This document shows, piece after piece, positions 26,362-35,837 of a stretch of 64,000 bases of DNA; the first letter of the stretch is position 1; the number at the start of each line of letters is the position of its first letter. The notes under the pieces were generated by a model. That model saw only the letters and a list, made by a program, of their open reading frames with translations. It did not search any database and was not told the origin of the DNA. The stretch spans positions 88,328 through 152,327 of the forward strand of contig JBAYKL010000002.1 of assembly GCA_041664585.1 (NCBI GenBank), in the 5' to 3' direction. The DNA is from Minisyncoccota bacterium. Its GTDB lineage: Bacteria > Patescibacteriota > Minisyncoccia > Phycocordibacterales > GWA1-40-21. The position numbers were made by a program, and so were the translations under genes.

Positions 26362-28431
26362 CTAAATATCTATATTCGCCAACTTCGCATTAGATTGTAT
26401 GAAGGCTTTTCTTGCAGGAACATCTGTTCCCATAAGCATATCAAATACTTTATCTGCTTCCTGAGCATCTTTGATACTTACCCTCTTCATCATTCTTCTT
26501 GTAGGATCCATGGTCGTTTCCCAAAGCTCTTCAGAGTTCATTTCTCCAAGACCTTTATATCTTTGCACAGAAACTTTTGGAGATTTCTTCCCTTCTTTTT
26601 CATTTGTATTTTCTTCACCTTCAGCGACGACTTCCTCTTCTGTTTCTTCAGTCTCTGCGTCTGATATTTTTTCTTTCTTGAAGAAAGCTGTCTTTTCTTC
26701 TTCGGTATAGAAATAGTGAACTTCTTTTCCTACTTTTACTTTATAAAGTGGTGGTTGAGCAATACAGATAAAACCTCCGTCTATAAGTGGTTTGAAATAT
26801 CTATAAAACAATGTAAGCAAGAGGGTTCTGATGTGGGCTCCATCAACGTCCGCATCGGTAGCTATAATAATTTTGTGATATCTTAATTTTTCAATATTAA
26901 ATGTATCTCCAATAGCAGTACCAAGAGCAACTACCAAATTAGTAATTTGTTCTGATCCAAGCATTCTATCAAGTCTCGCTCTTTCTATGTTTAGAATTTT
27001 ACCTCTCAAAGGCAATATGGCTTGAGTCTTTCTATCACGACCCATCTTCGCTGTACCTCCTGCAGAATCTCCCTCCACAATAATAAGCTCTGATTCTGAA
27101 GCATTATTACTCTGACAGTCAGCAAGTTTACCAGGCAATGTCATACCTTCTAGAGCGCCCTTTCTCAATATTGAGTCTTTAGCTGCTTTAGCTGCTTTTC
27201 TCGCTCTAAGGGCCAAAATAACCTTAGAAATGATAGCTTTAGCATCATCTGGATTCTCTTCAAGAAAACCATTGAAAGCCGCACCAAAGACCTCTTCTAC
27301 GGCGCTTCTAGCCTCAACAGAACCAAGCTTGGCCTTTGTCTGACCCTCAAATTGAATCTCTCTTAGTTTTACGGAAACAACGGCTGTAATACCCTCGAGT
27401 ACATCGTCTCCTGAAAAGCTGTCTTCGCTATCTTTAACTAAATTATTTTTCTTAGCATAAGCGTTCAAGGCTCTAGTAAGTGCAGCTTTGAAACCAGTAA
27501 TATGAGTACCCCCTTCTGGGTTATAAATATTGTTTGCAAAAGGCATTATTCTAGAAGAAATATCATCTACATACTGAAGTGATACCTCTACAGATTCTAC
27601 CGTTTCCGTTTTCTTCTCAACATAAAAAACATTTCTATGAATTGGCTTTTGGAATTGGTTATAGAATTTTACAAAAGACAAAAGTCCCCCTTCAAAATAA
27701 AAGGAGTGGGACATTGCTTCTATACCAAGGTCTTGTAAGAATAATGATTCTATTTCTGTAAAATCAACTTTTGAATCTCTTGCGTCTATAACAGTAATTT
27801 TCAATCCTTTAACAAGATATGCTTGTTGTCTCATGTGAGAGACTATTCTTTCAAAATCAAATTCGATTCCTTCTTTGAAAATTTCAGCATCTGGTTTGAA
27901 AATAGTCGCAGTACCATGAAAATCAGATTTACCTATTTTTTTAACAGCCGCTTTCTTTTTACCTTGAGAATATTCTTGATAATAAATACCACCATCTCTG
28001 TGCACAAGAACTTTCATGTAAATAGAAAGCGCATTCACAACAGAAGCACCCACACCGTGCAAACCTCCAGAAACTTTATATCCTTCTCCCCCGAATTTTC
28101 CTCCAGCATGGAGAACTGTCATGATTGTTTCTAGAGCAGAAACTTTTGATTGTTTATGTAAGTCTACAGGAATACCTCTACCATTATCAACAACTCTAAC
28201 CATGTTATCTGGTAAAAGTGCAACTTCGATACGGTTAGCAAAAGCGCCCATGGCCTCGTCACGAGAGTTATCAAAGATTTCAGTAACAAGGTGGTTTAAA
28301 CCATCTGGTCCAGTAGTACCAATATACATACCAGGTCTCTTTCTGACCGGTTCTAGACCCTCAAGAACTTGAATGGAACTAGCATCATAGCTACCCTTTT
28401 TTACCTCTTTTTCATCTTTATTTTTGGCCAT
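26362..28431 (-). CDS. gyrB: DNA gyrase subunit B
   Basis: N-terminal GHKL ATPase (...GLHHLVTEIFDNSRDEAMGA... class; here LNHLVTEIFDNSRDEAM), TOPRIM (EGDSAGG), and a C-terminal tail. 689 aa. Confidence 0.93.
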   Translation of the reverse strand: MAKNKDEKEVKKGSYDASSIQVLEGLEPVRKRPGMYIGTTGPDGLNHLVTEIFDNSRDEAMGAFANRIEVALLPDNMVRVVDNGRGIPVDLHKQSKVSALETIMTVLHAGGKFGGEGYKVSGGLHGVGASVVNALSIYMKVLVHRDGGIYYQEYSQGKKKAAVKKIGKSDFHGTATIFKPDAEIFKEGIEFDFERIVSHMRQQAYLVKGLKITVIDARDSKVDFTEIESLFLQDLGIEAMSHSFYFEGGLLSFVKFYNQFQKPIHRNVFYVEKKTETVESVEVSLQYVDDISSRIMPFANNIYNPEGGTHITGFKAALTRALNAYAKKNNLVKDSEDSFSGDDVLEGITAVVSVKLREIQFEGQTKAKLGSVEARSAVEEVFGAAFNGFLEENPDDAKAIISKVILALRARKAAKAAKDSILRKGALEGMTLPGKLADCQSNNASESELIIVEGDSAGGTAKMGRDRKTQAILPLRGKILNIERARLDRMLGSEQITNLVVALGTAIGDTFNIEKLRYHKIIIATDADVDGAHIRTLLLTLFYRYFKPLIDGGFICIAQPPLYKVKVGKEVHYFYTEEEKTAFFKKEKISDAETEETEEEVVAEGEENTNEKEGKKSPKVSVQRYKGLGEMNSEELWETTMDPTRRMMKRVSIKDAQEADKVFDMLMGTDVPARKAFIQSNAKLANIDI

Positions 28432-28514
28432 ATTTATTAATATAATTTAAAAACAGCTTATTGCTTTTTATATTGTAATTATACCAAATTGACCCACCAA
28501 AAGAAAGGAGAAAT

Positions 28515-29102
28515 TTATACTTTTTCTACAAAAATAGCCAGCTTTTTCCAACTCTTTTTGAAATCAGAAATATTAACAAACTTATTCTTACCGTCTGCAT
28601 CAGATTTTGCTTCTGGATCGTTAATATATAATCCCTTTATAACATCCCCACACTCCTCAATCCCAGATACCACAACCATATGTCCAGAAGTTCTTGGGTT
28701 ATTTATATCCTTAGCTAGAGAGACTAGTACTGGTAATCCAGCTTTTATGTTACTAATTATTTTATTGATTCCAAAATCTAAAAGATTTTCTGAATGATCT
28801 AAATTCTTAAATTCTTGTCTGTAAGAAGGAATGTTATTATTTCTCAAAAGAATTACGAGTAGTTCGTGTCCCCAACCATATTGTTCAGTGTATCCATCAT
28901 GAACTCTATCTCTTTTTTCTAATTCTTTTGAAATTAAGAGACCTTCCTTTACTAAATCTCTAGTTTCGGTTTTTATTCCAAAATAATCTAATACCATTTT
29001 TACACAAACAATAGCACAAACTTTTGTTTGCCAAATATTTTCTATTTCTTCAGAATATTGAGAATAAAAAGGTATATCCAATTTCATTATCTTACTTGCC
29101 AA
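28515..29102 (-). CDS. C39-like (Peptidase_C39_2 / BtrH-like) papain-fold cysteine peptidase, cytosolic
   Basis: DIPFYSQ...KVCAIVCVKMVL (Cys), ...GHMVVVSG (His) and ...YINDP (Asp) follow the C39-like family pattern. There is no signal peptide. It overlaps the pheT stop by 16 nt. Confidence 0.6.
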   Translation of the reverse strand: MASKIMKLDIPFYSQYSEEIENIWQTKVCAIVCVKMVLDYFGIKTETRDLVKEGLLISKELEKRDRVHDGYTEQYGWGHELLVILLRNNNIPSYRQEFKNLDHSENLLDFGINKIISNIKAGLPVLVSLAKDINNPRTSGHMVVVSGIEECGDVIKGLYINDPEAKSDADGKNKFVNISDFKKSWKKLAIFVEKV

Positions 29103-31459
29103 CCATTATTAGCGTTCATTTTATCTGTAATCTTTTGCATTATAGAATTTACTTCATCGTCAGTAAGAGTTCTCTCATAGGATTGAAATATCAAACGATA
29201 CGCGTAAGAAGTTTTTGAAGAGCCATCTTCAAATTTCTTAGTAAAGACATCGAACAATCTATTTTTAATCATAAGATCACCAGCTTCTTTTGAAATAATT
29301 TCAAATACTTCTTCTGATTTTGTACCTTCTGGGGTAAACACAGCAATATCTCTTATCATAAAAGGATACTGAGATATTTTTTTAAATCTTTTTGTTTTAT
29401 CCCCTACTTCAGAAAAATCATATTCTTTCGTATCGCTATCTATTTCTGACATTATTTTATCCCATTCATATTCAGCAATATTTTCTTCTTTATTTATCTT
29501 AGACAAGCTTACACCCAAGACTTCAGAAATTGCTTTTCCTGCCTCATTTAATAAATCAGCCTCTTTTGGTTTTTTAACCCCCAAAGGATTTTTTACACCG
29601 ATAGCCAATCTTTGAGATTCACCATCTTTAGTGAATACATGTCCAAATTCAAATATCTTTATCTGAGACATTTCTACAAGTTCATTATATCTCACATTAA
29701 ATTCTAAAGAATCTTTAATTCCATCTGTAAGATTTGTTCTTAAATACTTTCTTTCTGAGGACATTGGGTTCTCAAGTTCTATTTCCCCACTATTTCTAAA
29801 AGAATAATTTATAACTTCGGAAAAACCCAAATCATACAAAATTCGTCTTACCTTTTCTTTATAGTAGAAATCTTTATTGACCACCGCATTAACACTTTCA
29901 TTTGGTAAGGCAACATTTGTTATTTTGTCATAACCATATATTCTACCTATGTCTTCGGCCAAATCTTCTTTAATTCTCAAATCTAATCTTTCATCTGGTA
30001 CAGTAATAACAAATCTTTCTTCCCCATCGGTCATTCTTCTATAACCAACAATATTTTTGAATCTCTCAGCTTTATCTAAATCTCCAACAACTACTTTTCC
30101 AAATAGTTCGGTTGTGTAGATAACTTTTCCATCACCTATATATATGCCAACATGATCTACGCCATGTTCTGCTTTCGTACCAGGAAGAAAATTTATTGTC
30201 TCATAATGAATATTACCAACGCCAGTATTTGAGAAAATCATGTCTCCTGGTATAAGTTCTCCTTTTGAGATTTCCTTTCCAAAAACAAATTGATCTATTG
30301 AAACGCGAGGAATCTGAACTCCCGCTCTAGAAAAACAATACAAGGCAAAACCCGAACAATCAAATGAGTTCGGCGCCTCATAAGTGATACTTGAACCTTT
30401 TTTATAAGGAACACCAATCAAAAAATTAGCAACTTCTAAAACCTTTTCAACAGGTTTTACTTTCTCATATTCAAAACCAAATTTATTAAAAATCTCTTCT
30501 ATATCTTTATCTGTGATATTTACACCAATAATAGAGCTCGCCTCTTTAGAAGAAATACCAAGTTTATATTTATTTGCTCTCCTTGGATAATTATCAAAAA
30601 CTTCTCCTACTTTTGTATCCGGAGTACCGGCAATTTCTACAATAACTTTTGTGAGAACATCCATCGCTTCCCCCGCCATTTCTGCAGCATAGTCATTTTC
30701 ATATCTCTTTGATGCATCTGTTTGGATCCTTAATCTTTGAGATGTTTTTCTTACAAGCACAGGATCAAAACTTGCTGATTCAAGTACTATATTTTTTGTA
30801 TTCTCATCAAGCTCCGCGTATGTTCCACCCTTAATACCAGCTATAGCCAAAGGATTTGAGCCGTCTGTAATGAGTAAAACATTTTCGTCTAAATCAACCT
30901 CCTTTTTATCAAGTGTAGTGATGTGATCTCCTAATTTTGCTTTTTGTACACTAATCAAAATATTTTCCTTAGCAAGTTTATCTGCATCAAAAGCATGCAT
31001 CGGCTGGCCAATCTCAAACATCACAAAATTTGTAGCGTCTACTACATTATTTATAGATCTCTGCCCTATCGCTTCTATTCTTTCTTTAAGCCAATCTGGA
31101 GATTCATGTACCAAGACATTTTCAACAACTCTTCCTATGTATCTTCTACAAAGTTTTTCGTCTTCTATTTTTACATCCAACTTTTTTAAAGTCTGAAAAA
31201 TTTGAAAATCTTTTAGTTCTCTAGAATTCTTTTTTACTTTTAATCCAAATATCGCCCCGACTTCTTTAGCTATACCTCTATGACACAAACAACTGTGATT
31301 TAAATTCGGCAATACCTTAACATCAAAAATCTGATCGTCTCCTTTTGATTCAATACCCTCGACTTCCAAAGAATGCATGGTAAGACCATCTGCAATTTTA
31401 TTTACATCTGGTAGGTTATTATCAAAAAAGTTTTTGAGCCAATTATAGGAAATAATCAT
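29087..31459 (-). CDS. pheT: phenylalanyl-tRNA synthetase beta subunit with an NlpC/P60 domain inserted in the B5 domain and no B2 (OB-fold) domain
   Basis: B1 domain (MIISYNWLKNFF), B3/B4 (CRRYIGRVVENV...QPMHAFDADKL), B5 first half (KLGISSKEASSIIGVNITDKDIEEIFNKFGFEYEK), and B5 second half (RFVITVPDERLDLRIKEDLAEDIGRIYGYD). The B6/7 catalytic-like and C-terminal FDX-like domains are present. About 145 inserted residues (around 336-482) carry NlpC/P60 motifs: FDCSGF, PGDMIFS and HVGIYIGDGKVIY. Confidence 0.9.
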   Translation of the reverse strand: MIISYNWLKNFFDNNLPDVNKIADGLTMHSLEVEGIESKGDDQIFDVKVLPNLNHSCLCHRGIAKEVGAIFGLKVKKNSRELKDFQIFQTLKKLDVKIEDEKLCRRYIGRVVENVLVHESPDWLKERIEAIGQRSINNVVDATNFVMFEIGQPMHAFDADKLAKENILISVQKAKLGDHITTLDKKEVDLDENVLLITDGSNPLAIAGIKGGTYAELDENTKNIVLESASFDPVLVRKTSQRLRIQTDASKRYENDYAAEMAGEAMDVLTKVIVEIAGTPDTKVGEVFDNYPRRANKYKLGISSKEASSIIGVNITDKDIEEIFNKFGFEYEKVKPVEKVLEVANFLIGVPYKKGSSITYEAPNSFDCSGFALYCFSRAGVQIPRVSIDQFVFGKEISKGELIPGDMIFSNTGVGNIHYETINFLPGTKAEHGVDHVGIYIGDGKVIYTTELFGKVVVGDLDKAERFKNIVGYRRMTDGEERFVITVPDERLDLRIKEDLAEDIGRIYGYDKITNVALPNESVNAVVNKDFYYKEKVRRILYDLGFSEVINYSFRNSGEIELENPMSSERKYLRTNLTDGIKDSLEFNVRYNELVEMSQIKIFEFGHVFTKDGESQRLAIGVKNPLGVKKPKEADLLNEAGKAISEVLGVSLSKINKEENIAEYEWDKIMSEIDSDTKEYDFSEVGDKTKRFKKISQYPFMIRDIAVFTPEGTKSEEVFEIISKEAGDLMIKNRLFDVFTKKFEDGSSKTSYAYRLIFQSYERTLTDDEVNSIMQKITDKMNANNGWQVR

Positions 31460-31461
31460 AA

Positions 31462-32217
31462 TTAAAATTGATTAACCAGACGTAAATCTCCTGAATAAAA
31501 TAAACGGATATCGTCTATACTATATTTAAGCATCGCGAGTCTATCTACCCCAACACCAAAAGCAAAACCTTTCCATTCGTTTGGATTAATCCCGACCCTG
31601 CTTAAAACTTTCGGATGGACAACCCCAGCACCCATTACTTCCACCCAACCAGTACCTTTGCATACCGGGCATCCAACTTCACCCTTACACTTAAAGCAAG
31701 AGATGTCTATTTCTGCTCCTGGTTCAACGAAAGGAAAATAGCTAGGTCTGAATCTTACATCGATATCTTTTTCAAAAAATTCGTCAAAAAATTTATTTAA
31801 TACTGTCTTAAGGGTAGCAAGAGAAACTTCTTTATCAACATACAAACCTTCAAGTTGTTGAAATTGTGCCTCATGTGTAGCGTCTGTCGCTTCTTTTCTA
31901 TATGTCTTTCCTGGACAAAGAATTTTAATTGGTGGATTTTTATTTCCTTCCATATGGTGAATCTGCATGGCGCTAGTCTGCGTACGCATAAGTCTTCTTT
32001 CTACCCCTGGTAAATCCTTGGTTGGTTTAACCCAAAAAGTATCCTGCATATCTCTTGCTGGATGATCTTTTGGAACATTGAGAGCATCAAAATTGTAATA
32101 TTCTGTTTCAAGTTCTGGACCATCTACAAGAGTAAAACCCATCTTAAAAAAGATACGATTTATATCGTCTACGACTCTAGTCAGCGGGTGAACGTGAATA
32201 TTCTTATTTTTATCCAT
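31462..32217 (-). CDS. pheS: phenylalanyl-tRNA synthetase alpha subunit, core only, with a 4-Cys knuckle
   Basis: Class II core motifs (HPLTRV..., FRxE-type motif 2, GAGVVHP...GFAFGVGVDRLAML motif 3). The N-terminal coiled-coil region is absent (251 aa). There is a CFKCKGEVGCPVCKG insertion. Confidence 0.9.
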   Translation of the reverse strand: MDKNKNIHVHPLTRVVDDINRIFFKMGFTLVDGPELETEYYNFDALNVPKDHPARDMQDTFWVKPTKDLPGVERRLMRTQTSAMQIHHMEGNKNPPIKILCPGKTYRKEATDATHEAQFQQLEGLYVDKEVSLATLKTVLNKFFDEFFEKDIDVRFRPSYFPFVEPGAEIDISCFKCKGEVGCPVCKGTGWVEVMGAGVVHPKVLSRVGINPNEWKGFAFGVGVDRLAMLKYSIDDIRLFYSGDLRLVNQF

Positions 32218-32248
32218 TTCTAGAATTATATCTGAATTATTAAAGAAA

Positions 32249-33118
32249 TCAAAGAAGAATTTCAGCTAAGTATTCACCGTCTTTAACATAAATAATACCG
32301 TCAATTATCCTAAAATCTGGAGTTTTACCTTTATAGAGCAATTGTATACTTTTGTCTGGGTTTACTTCTGCTTCAACAGCGAACACACTGTCTTCAAAAG
32401 AAAGCACGACGACGTCACTTTCCCCAGGAAGAAAATCTATCTTCCTTGGCTCCCTACCAAGATCAAACAACATTACTTTTTTATTACACTCCCTTTCATC
32501 ACAAAAAGTATTAGGAGCAGAATCTATACTTCCAGACCAACTCATAAAGACTTTACCTCCCTCTTTCCATAAACCAATCTTCTTGTTAATTATAGGTGAA
32601 GCTAAGGTGCCCAAATTCTTTTCCTTTACAGTACTGGTCGATTTTTTGGTAGAGAAATAAATCAACAAATCAGAGTACTCTGTATTAAGTATTTTTGAAA
32701 TTGTGCTTGTTCCTGTACTTGAAGCTATTTCTTTTGATAAATATTTTGGTATTTCTCTGGTTTCAACTTTTTCTTGTAACATAAATACCCTGGCATCAGA
32801 AACTAAATTGTCTAAAACTTTTATTTTCTTCTTCCAAACATTATATCCTTCTTTTTTTACAACAACGTCATATATATTCGGTCTTAAATCTTTAATCAAA
32901 ATACTTCTGTTAAAAAAACTTGTTGTATCAATAAGTTTAGAATTTAAATATATCTCTGAATTATTCGGTGCAGACATAAGATACATCCCACCAGTTTTTA
33001 AAAGACTAAAACCTTCGCTGAATATGTGTCCTGTAGAATACAAAACAACTAGTGGCGCTAAAATAAAGAAGGCCGCTACAAATATTATAAAATTAATTTT
33101 TCTTTTTTTACTTAACAT
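32249..33118 (-). CDS. membrane-anchored PEGA-like domain protein
   Basis: N-terminal TM segment. YLNSKLIDTT...IKDLRPNIYDVVVKKEGYNVWKKKIKV resembles the PEGA beta-sandwich motif. Otherwise unassigned. Confidence 0.4.
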   Translation of the reverse strand: MLSKKRKINFIIFVAAFFILAPLVVLYSTGHIFSEGFSLLKTGGMYLMSAPNNSEIYLNSKLIDTTSFFNRSILIKDLRPNIYDVVVKKEGYNVWKKKIKVLDNLVSDARVFMLQEKVETREIPKYLSKEIASSTGTSTISKILNTEYSDLLIYFSTKKSTSTVKEKNLGTLASPIINKKIGLWKEGGKVFMSWSGSIDSAPNTFCDERECNKKVMLFDLGREPRKIDFLPGESDVVVLSFEDSVFAVEAEVNPDKSIQLLYKGKTPDFRIIDGIIYVKDGEYLAEILL

Positions 33119-34653
33119 TTTGTTTTCCTATGTTTAGGTGTAACCCAGAATCCCATATATTTACCAAACATTAGTCTTGTTTGAGCATCTATAGCCGGTA
33201 CATTACCAAATACTATAACAATAATAGGTATTAGAAACCACTGAAGCACATAAATAAACTTTTGCTTTATACCAAACCCCTCTGGATGTGGAGGTAAAAA
33301 ACCAAAAGACACAGTGGCAGAAAGAATGAGTCCGATCATGGTAAGAGTCATAAGGTTGCTAGTAACCAAAGGAAGGTTGTAAGAAAGAACAGTCTCATTA
33401 AAATGCTTACCCCCTAAAATAAGTGGTGTCCAACCAAGGAGCAAAATAAGTATTGAGCTAGTAGATCTTGTCCAAGCCCCTTCAACCATCAAAAAAGAAA
33501 AAACGAGTTTTTTAAATTTTGGAATCTTTTTGTTTTTCAAAAACCCGAAAAGAACATAAGGGAGATTTTCAACTCCCCATGCCCATCTTCTTTGTTGTTT
33601 ATATACATTCAAAATAGTTGGCCAAAATCCATGAGCAAGATTTGCATCCATAGATACAGGATATGACATAGGGACTACAGTATATTTTCCGTCAAAAGCA
33701 AGGAAGGCATTCCAAAAAATTCTAGAGTCTTCTGATACAATGTTTTTTTGCCAATAACCTATGTCGTGCAATGTTTTAAAACTCACAGAATGAGAAGAGA
33801 AAGTCTCAAGTTTATCTGGCCTCTCTTGCTGTATCATCTGCCATAAAGTACTAGACGCTCCAGAAACCCTAGAAAGAGCCGGAGTATCCCAAATATTATT
33901 ATTATAAAAAGGAACTGGTTGGAAAGAACTTCTGTATGGGTCCTCCGCTGTAAGAAAATGCCAAGTTAAACAATTTAGATACTGCGGATACACAACAGTA
34001 TCGATATCGAAAGCAGAAACAATTACATCAGAATAATCTATATTGTTTATATCGAGTATCTCCTCTTTAGTAGTCTTGGCTGCATAAGCAATATTTGAAC
34101 CCTTACCAGCTAATTCACCCGGAACATTTGCTGGGTGTTTTGTAATCAAAAAATATCCAAATTTGTCTCCAAATTTATTCTTCGCCTCCTGAGCTACATC
34201 TTCTGCAATCTTACCAGCCTTAGCCTCAGAAGCTAGTACGATAATAATTTTGGAGTTATCATAATCACATTCCAAAATTGATTCCAAGCCTTTTTCTACA
34301 ACATGCAATGATTCATTATAAAAAGGCAAGATTATCATATGCATAATCTTTTCGTATCTCAAATTACTAAGTTTAGATTTCCAATCCACAGTTATGTTGT
34401 GCTTTGTCCTTTTCCAATTTTTATAAAGATAAATTGAAAGATATACTGTTTTTAATAACCAATATAAATCAAAAATAATTATAAATAATGCTCCTAAAAA
34501 TGGAGACATGAAAGAAATACCAAAAATAGCAAAAAGGGTAAACCAGGTAATAACTCCAGGCATTATTTCTAAGGCTCTATAAATTCTTCTGTCTACCCCA
34601 GACAAGTCACTCGCTCTTCCTATATTAAAATACGGGGTGTTTTTATAGTCCAT
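33112..34653 (-). CDS. polytopic family-2 glycosyltransferase (processive synthase-like)
   Basis: N- and C-terminal TM helices flank a GT-A domain with D, DxD-like motifs and QQRRW (the QxxRW motif of cellulose/chitin/hyaluronan-synthase-type GT2). 513 aa. Confidence 0.75.
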   Translation of the reverse strand: MDYKNTPYFNIGRASDLSGVDRRIYRALEIMPGVITWFTLFAIFGISFMSPFLGALFIIIFDLYWLLKTVYLSIYLYKNWKRTKHNITVDWKSKLSNLRYEKIMHMIILPFYNESLHVVEKGLESILECDYDNSKIIIVLASEAKAGKIAEDVAQEAKNKFGDKFGYFLITKHPANVPGELAGKGSNIAYAAKTTKEEILDINNIDYSDVIVSAFDIDTVVYPQYLNCLTWHFLTAEDPYRSSFQPVPFYNNNIWDTPALSRVSGASSTLWQMIQQERPDKLETFSSHSVSFKTLHDIGYWQKNIVSEDSRIFWNAFLAFDGKYTVVPMSYPVSMDANLAHGFWPTILNVYKQQRRWAWGVENLPYVLFGFLKNKKIPKFKKLVFSFLMVEGAWTRSTSSILILLLGWTPLILGGKHFNETVLSYNLPLVTSNLMTLTMIGLILSATVSFGFLPPHPEGFGIKQKFIYVLQWFLIPIIVIVFGNVPAIDAQTRLMFGKYMGFWVTPKHRKTKC

Positions 34654-34664
34654 ACGATAAATCG

Positions 34665-34740
34665 TGGAGCCACCTCTCGGGCTTGAACCGAGGACCTATT
34701 GTTTACAAAACAATTGCTCTACCAACTGAGCTAAGGTGGC
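34665..34740 (-). tRNA. tRNA-Thr (anticodon UGU), CCA encoded
   Basis: The reverse complement is GCCACCT-TA-GCTC-AGTTGGTA-GAGC-A-ATTGT-TTTGTAA-ACAAT-AGGTC-CTCGG-TTCAAGC-CCGAG-AGGTGGC-T-CCA. All four stems are canonical and the anticodon is TGT at positions 34-36. Confidence 0.85.
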
Positions 34741-34793
34741 CTAAATTAACCTCAAAGAAACAAGAAATTAACCGGTTAATTTCTTAAGTAATA

Positions 34794-34827
34794 TAGCAAA
34801 AAAAGATAAAAATTACAAATTTTTATC
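34794..34827 (-). terminator. rho-independent terminator of the 34813 gene; it overlaps that gene's stop codon
   Basis: The minus strand reads GATAAAAAT-ttgta-ATTTTTATC followed by TTTTTTT. Confidence 0.65.
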
Positions 34828-35193
34828 TCTTAAAGAATCCTTATATTCTGAGACATTCCTAAGAAAGAAAGACACCGAGCCTTTCTTGTGTATATCCTGT
34901 TTTGTTATTGGGCTCAAAAAGAATCTTGGCTGTTTGCTATCAAATCTCCTTTTCAAGTAAACTATCTCTTTTTTAATCCAATTTAAGATAATAAAATAAA
35001 GTTTTTGAAAATTTTTGAATTTAATCTTAGAAAAAATCTTTCTGCTTTTAGAAATTGTATCGTGACAATAATCATCCCCCTTAGAAAGGATTTTAGAAAA
35101 TGCATGCTTTTCGTTATGTTTAAGTTCAAAAAGCTTTATACCAAAAAAGCTTAGAATGAGTATTAGAGAAACATAAAACGATATAATCGCCAT
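34813..35193 (-). CDS. hypothetical small membrane-anchored protein
   Basis: 126 aa with an N-terminal TM segment (IISFYVSLILILSFFGI). The remainder is basic. No recognisable family. Confidence 0.4.
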   Translation of the reverse strand: MAIISFYVSLILILSFFGIKLFELKHNEKHAFSKILSKGDDYCHDTISKSRKIFSKIKFKNFQKLYFIILNWIKKEIVYLKRRFDSKQPRFFLSPITKQDIHKKGSVSFFLRNVSEYKDSLRDKNL

Positions 35194-35196
35194 AAT

Positions 35197-35784
35197 TTAT
35201 TTACTGACACTGAATCTAACATATCTACCAACTTCGATCTTTTCACCGAATTTGTTTATAGCATTCTGAATCAAGCTGTTTATAGTCTGACTCGGATCTT
35301 TAATGTATTCTTGTTCAAGTAATATCTTCTCTTTAAAGAATGAATCTAACTTACCAGTCAAAATCTTCTCTCTCATGTTTTCTGGCTTGTCCTTTACTTC
35401 AGGAGCAAAAGCTTCCATAACTTTAGCCTTTTCTTCTTCAGTAACATCTTCCTTCTTTAAATAAGTGGGATTTGTAGCAGCAATCTGCATAGCTATTTCA
35501 TAAGCAAGTTTTTGAAAGTCTTCGTTCTTTGAAACGAAATCTGTTTCGCTACAAAGTTCAATCAAAACACCGACGTTTCCGACGCCGTGAATATAAGAAG
35601 CTATTCTGCCTGCTTTTAGTGTTCTTTCAGCTTTTTTAGCTTGGGCATCAGCACCTCTTTTTTGTAAAAGAATTTCTGCCTTACCCATATCTCCTCCAGC
35701 TTCTTCAAGAACCTTTCTACATTGCATAACAGAGATACCTGTTTTTTCTCTTAATTCTTTAACTTGTTCTGTTGTAATAACCAT
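35197..35784 (-). CDS. tsf: elongation factor Ts
   Basis: The N-terminal UBA-like motif MVITTEQVKELREKTGISVMQCRKVLEEAGGDMGKA is the EF-Ts signature. 195 aa (short form). Confidence 0.9.
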   Translation of the reverse strand: MVITTEQVKELREKTGISVMQCRKVLEEAGGDMGKAEILLQKRGADAQAKKAERTLKAGRIASYIHGVGNVGVLIELCSETDFVSKNEDFQKLAYEIAMQIAATNPTYLKKEDVTEEEKAKVMEAFAPEVKDKPENMREKILTGKLDSFFKEKILLEQEYIKDPSQTINSLIQNAINKFGEKIEVGRYVRFSVSK

Positions 35785-35837
35785 AAAAAAATATTTAATT
35801 ATAAAAAGAAACTATTAAATTACTAGAAAAACAAAAA

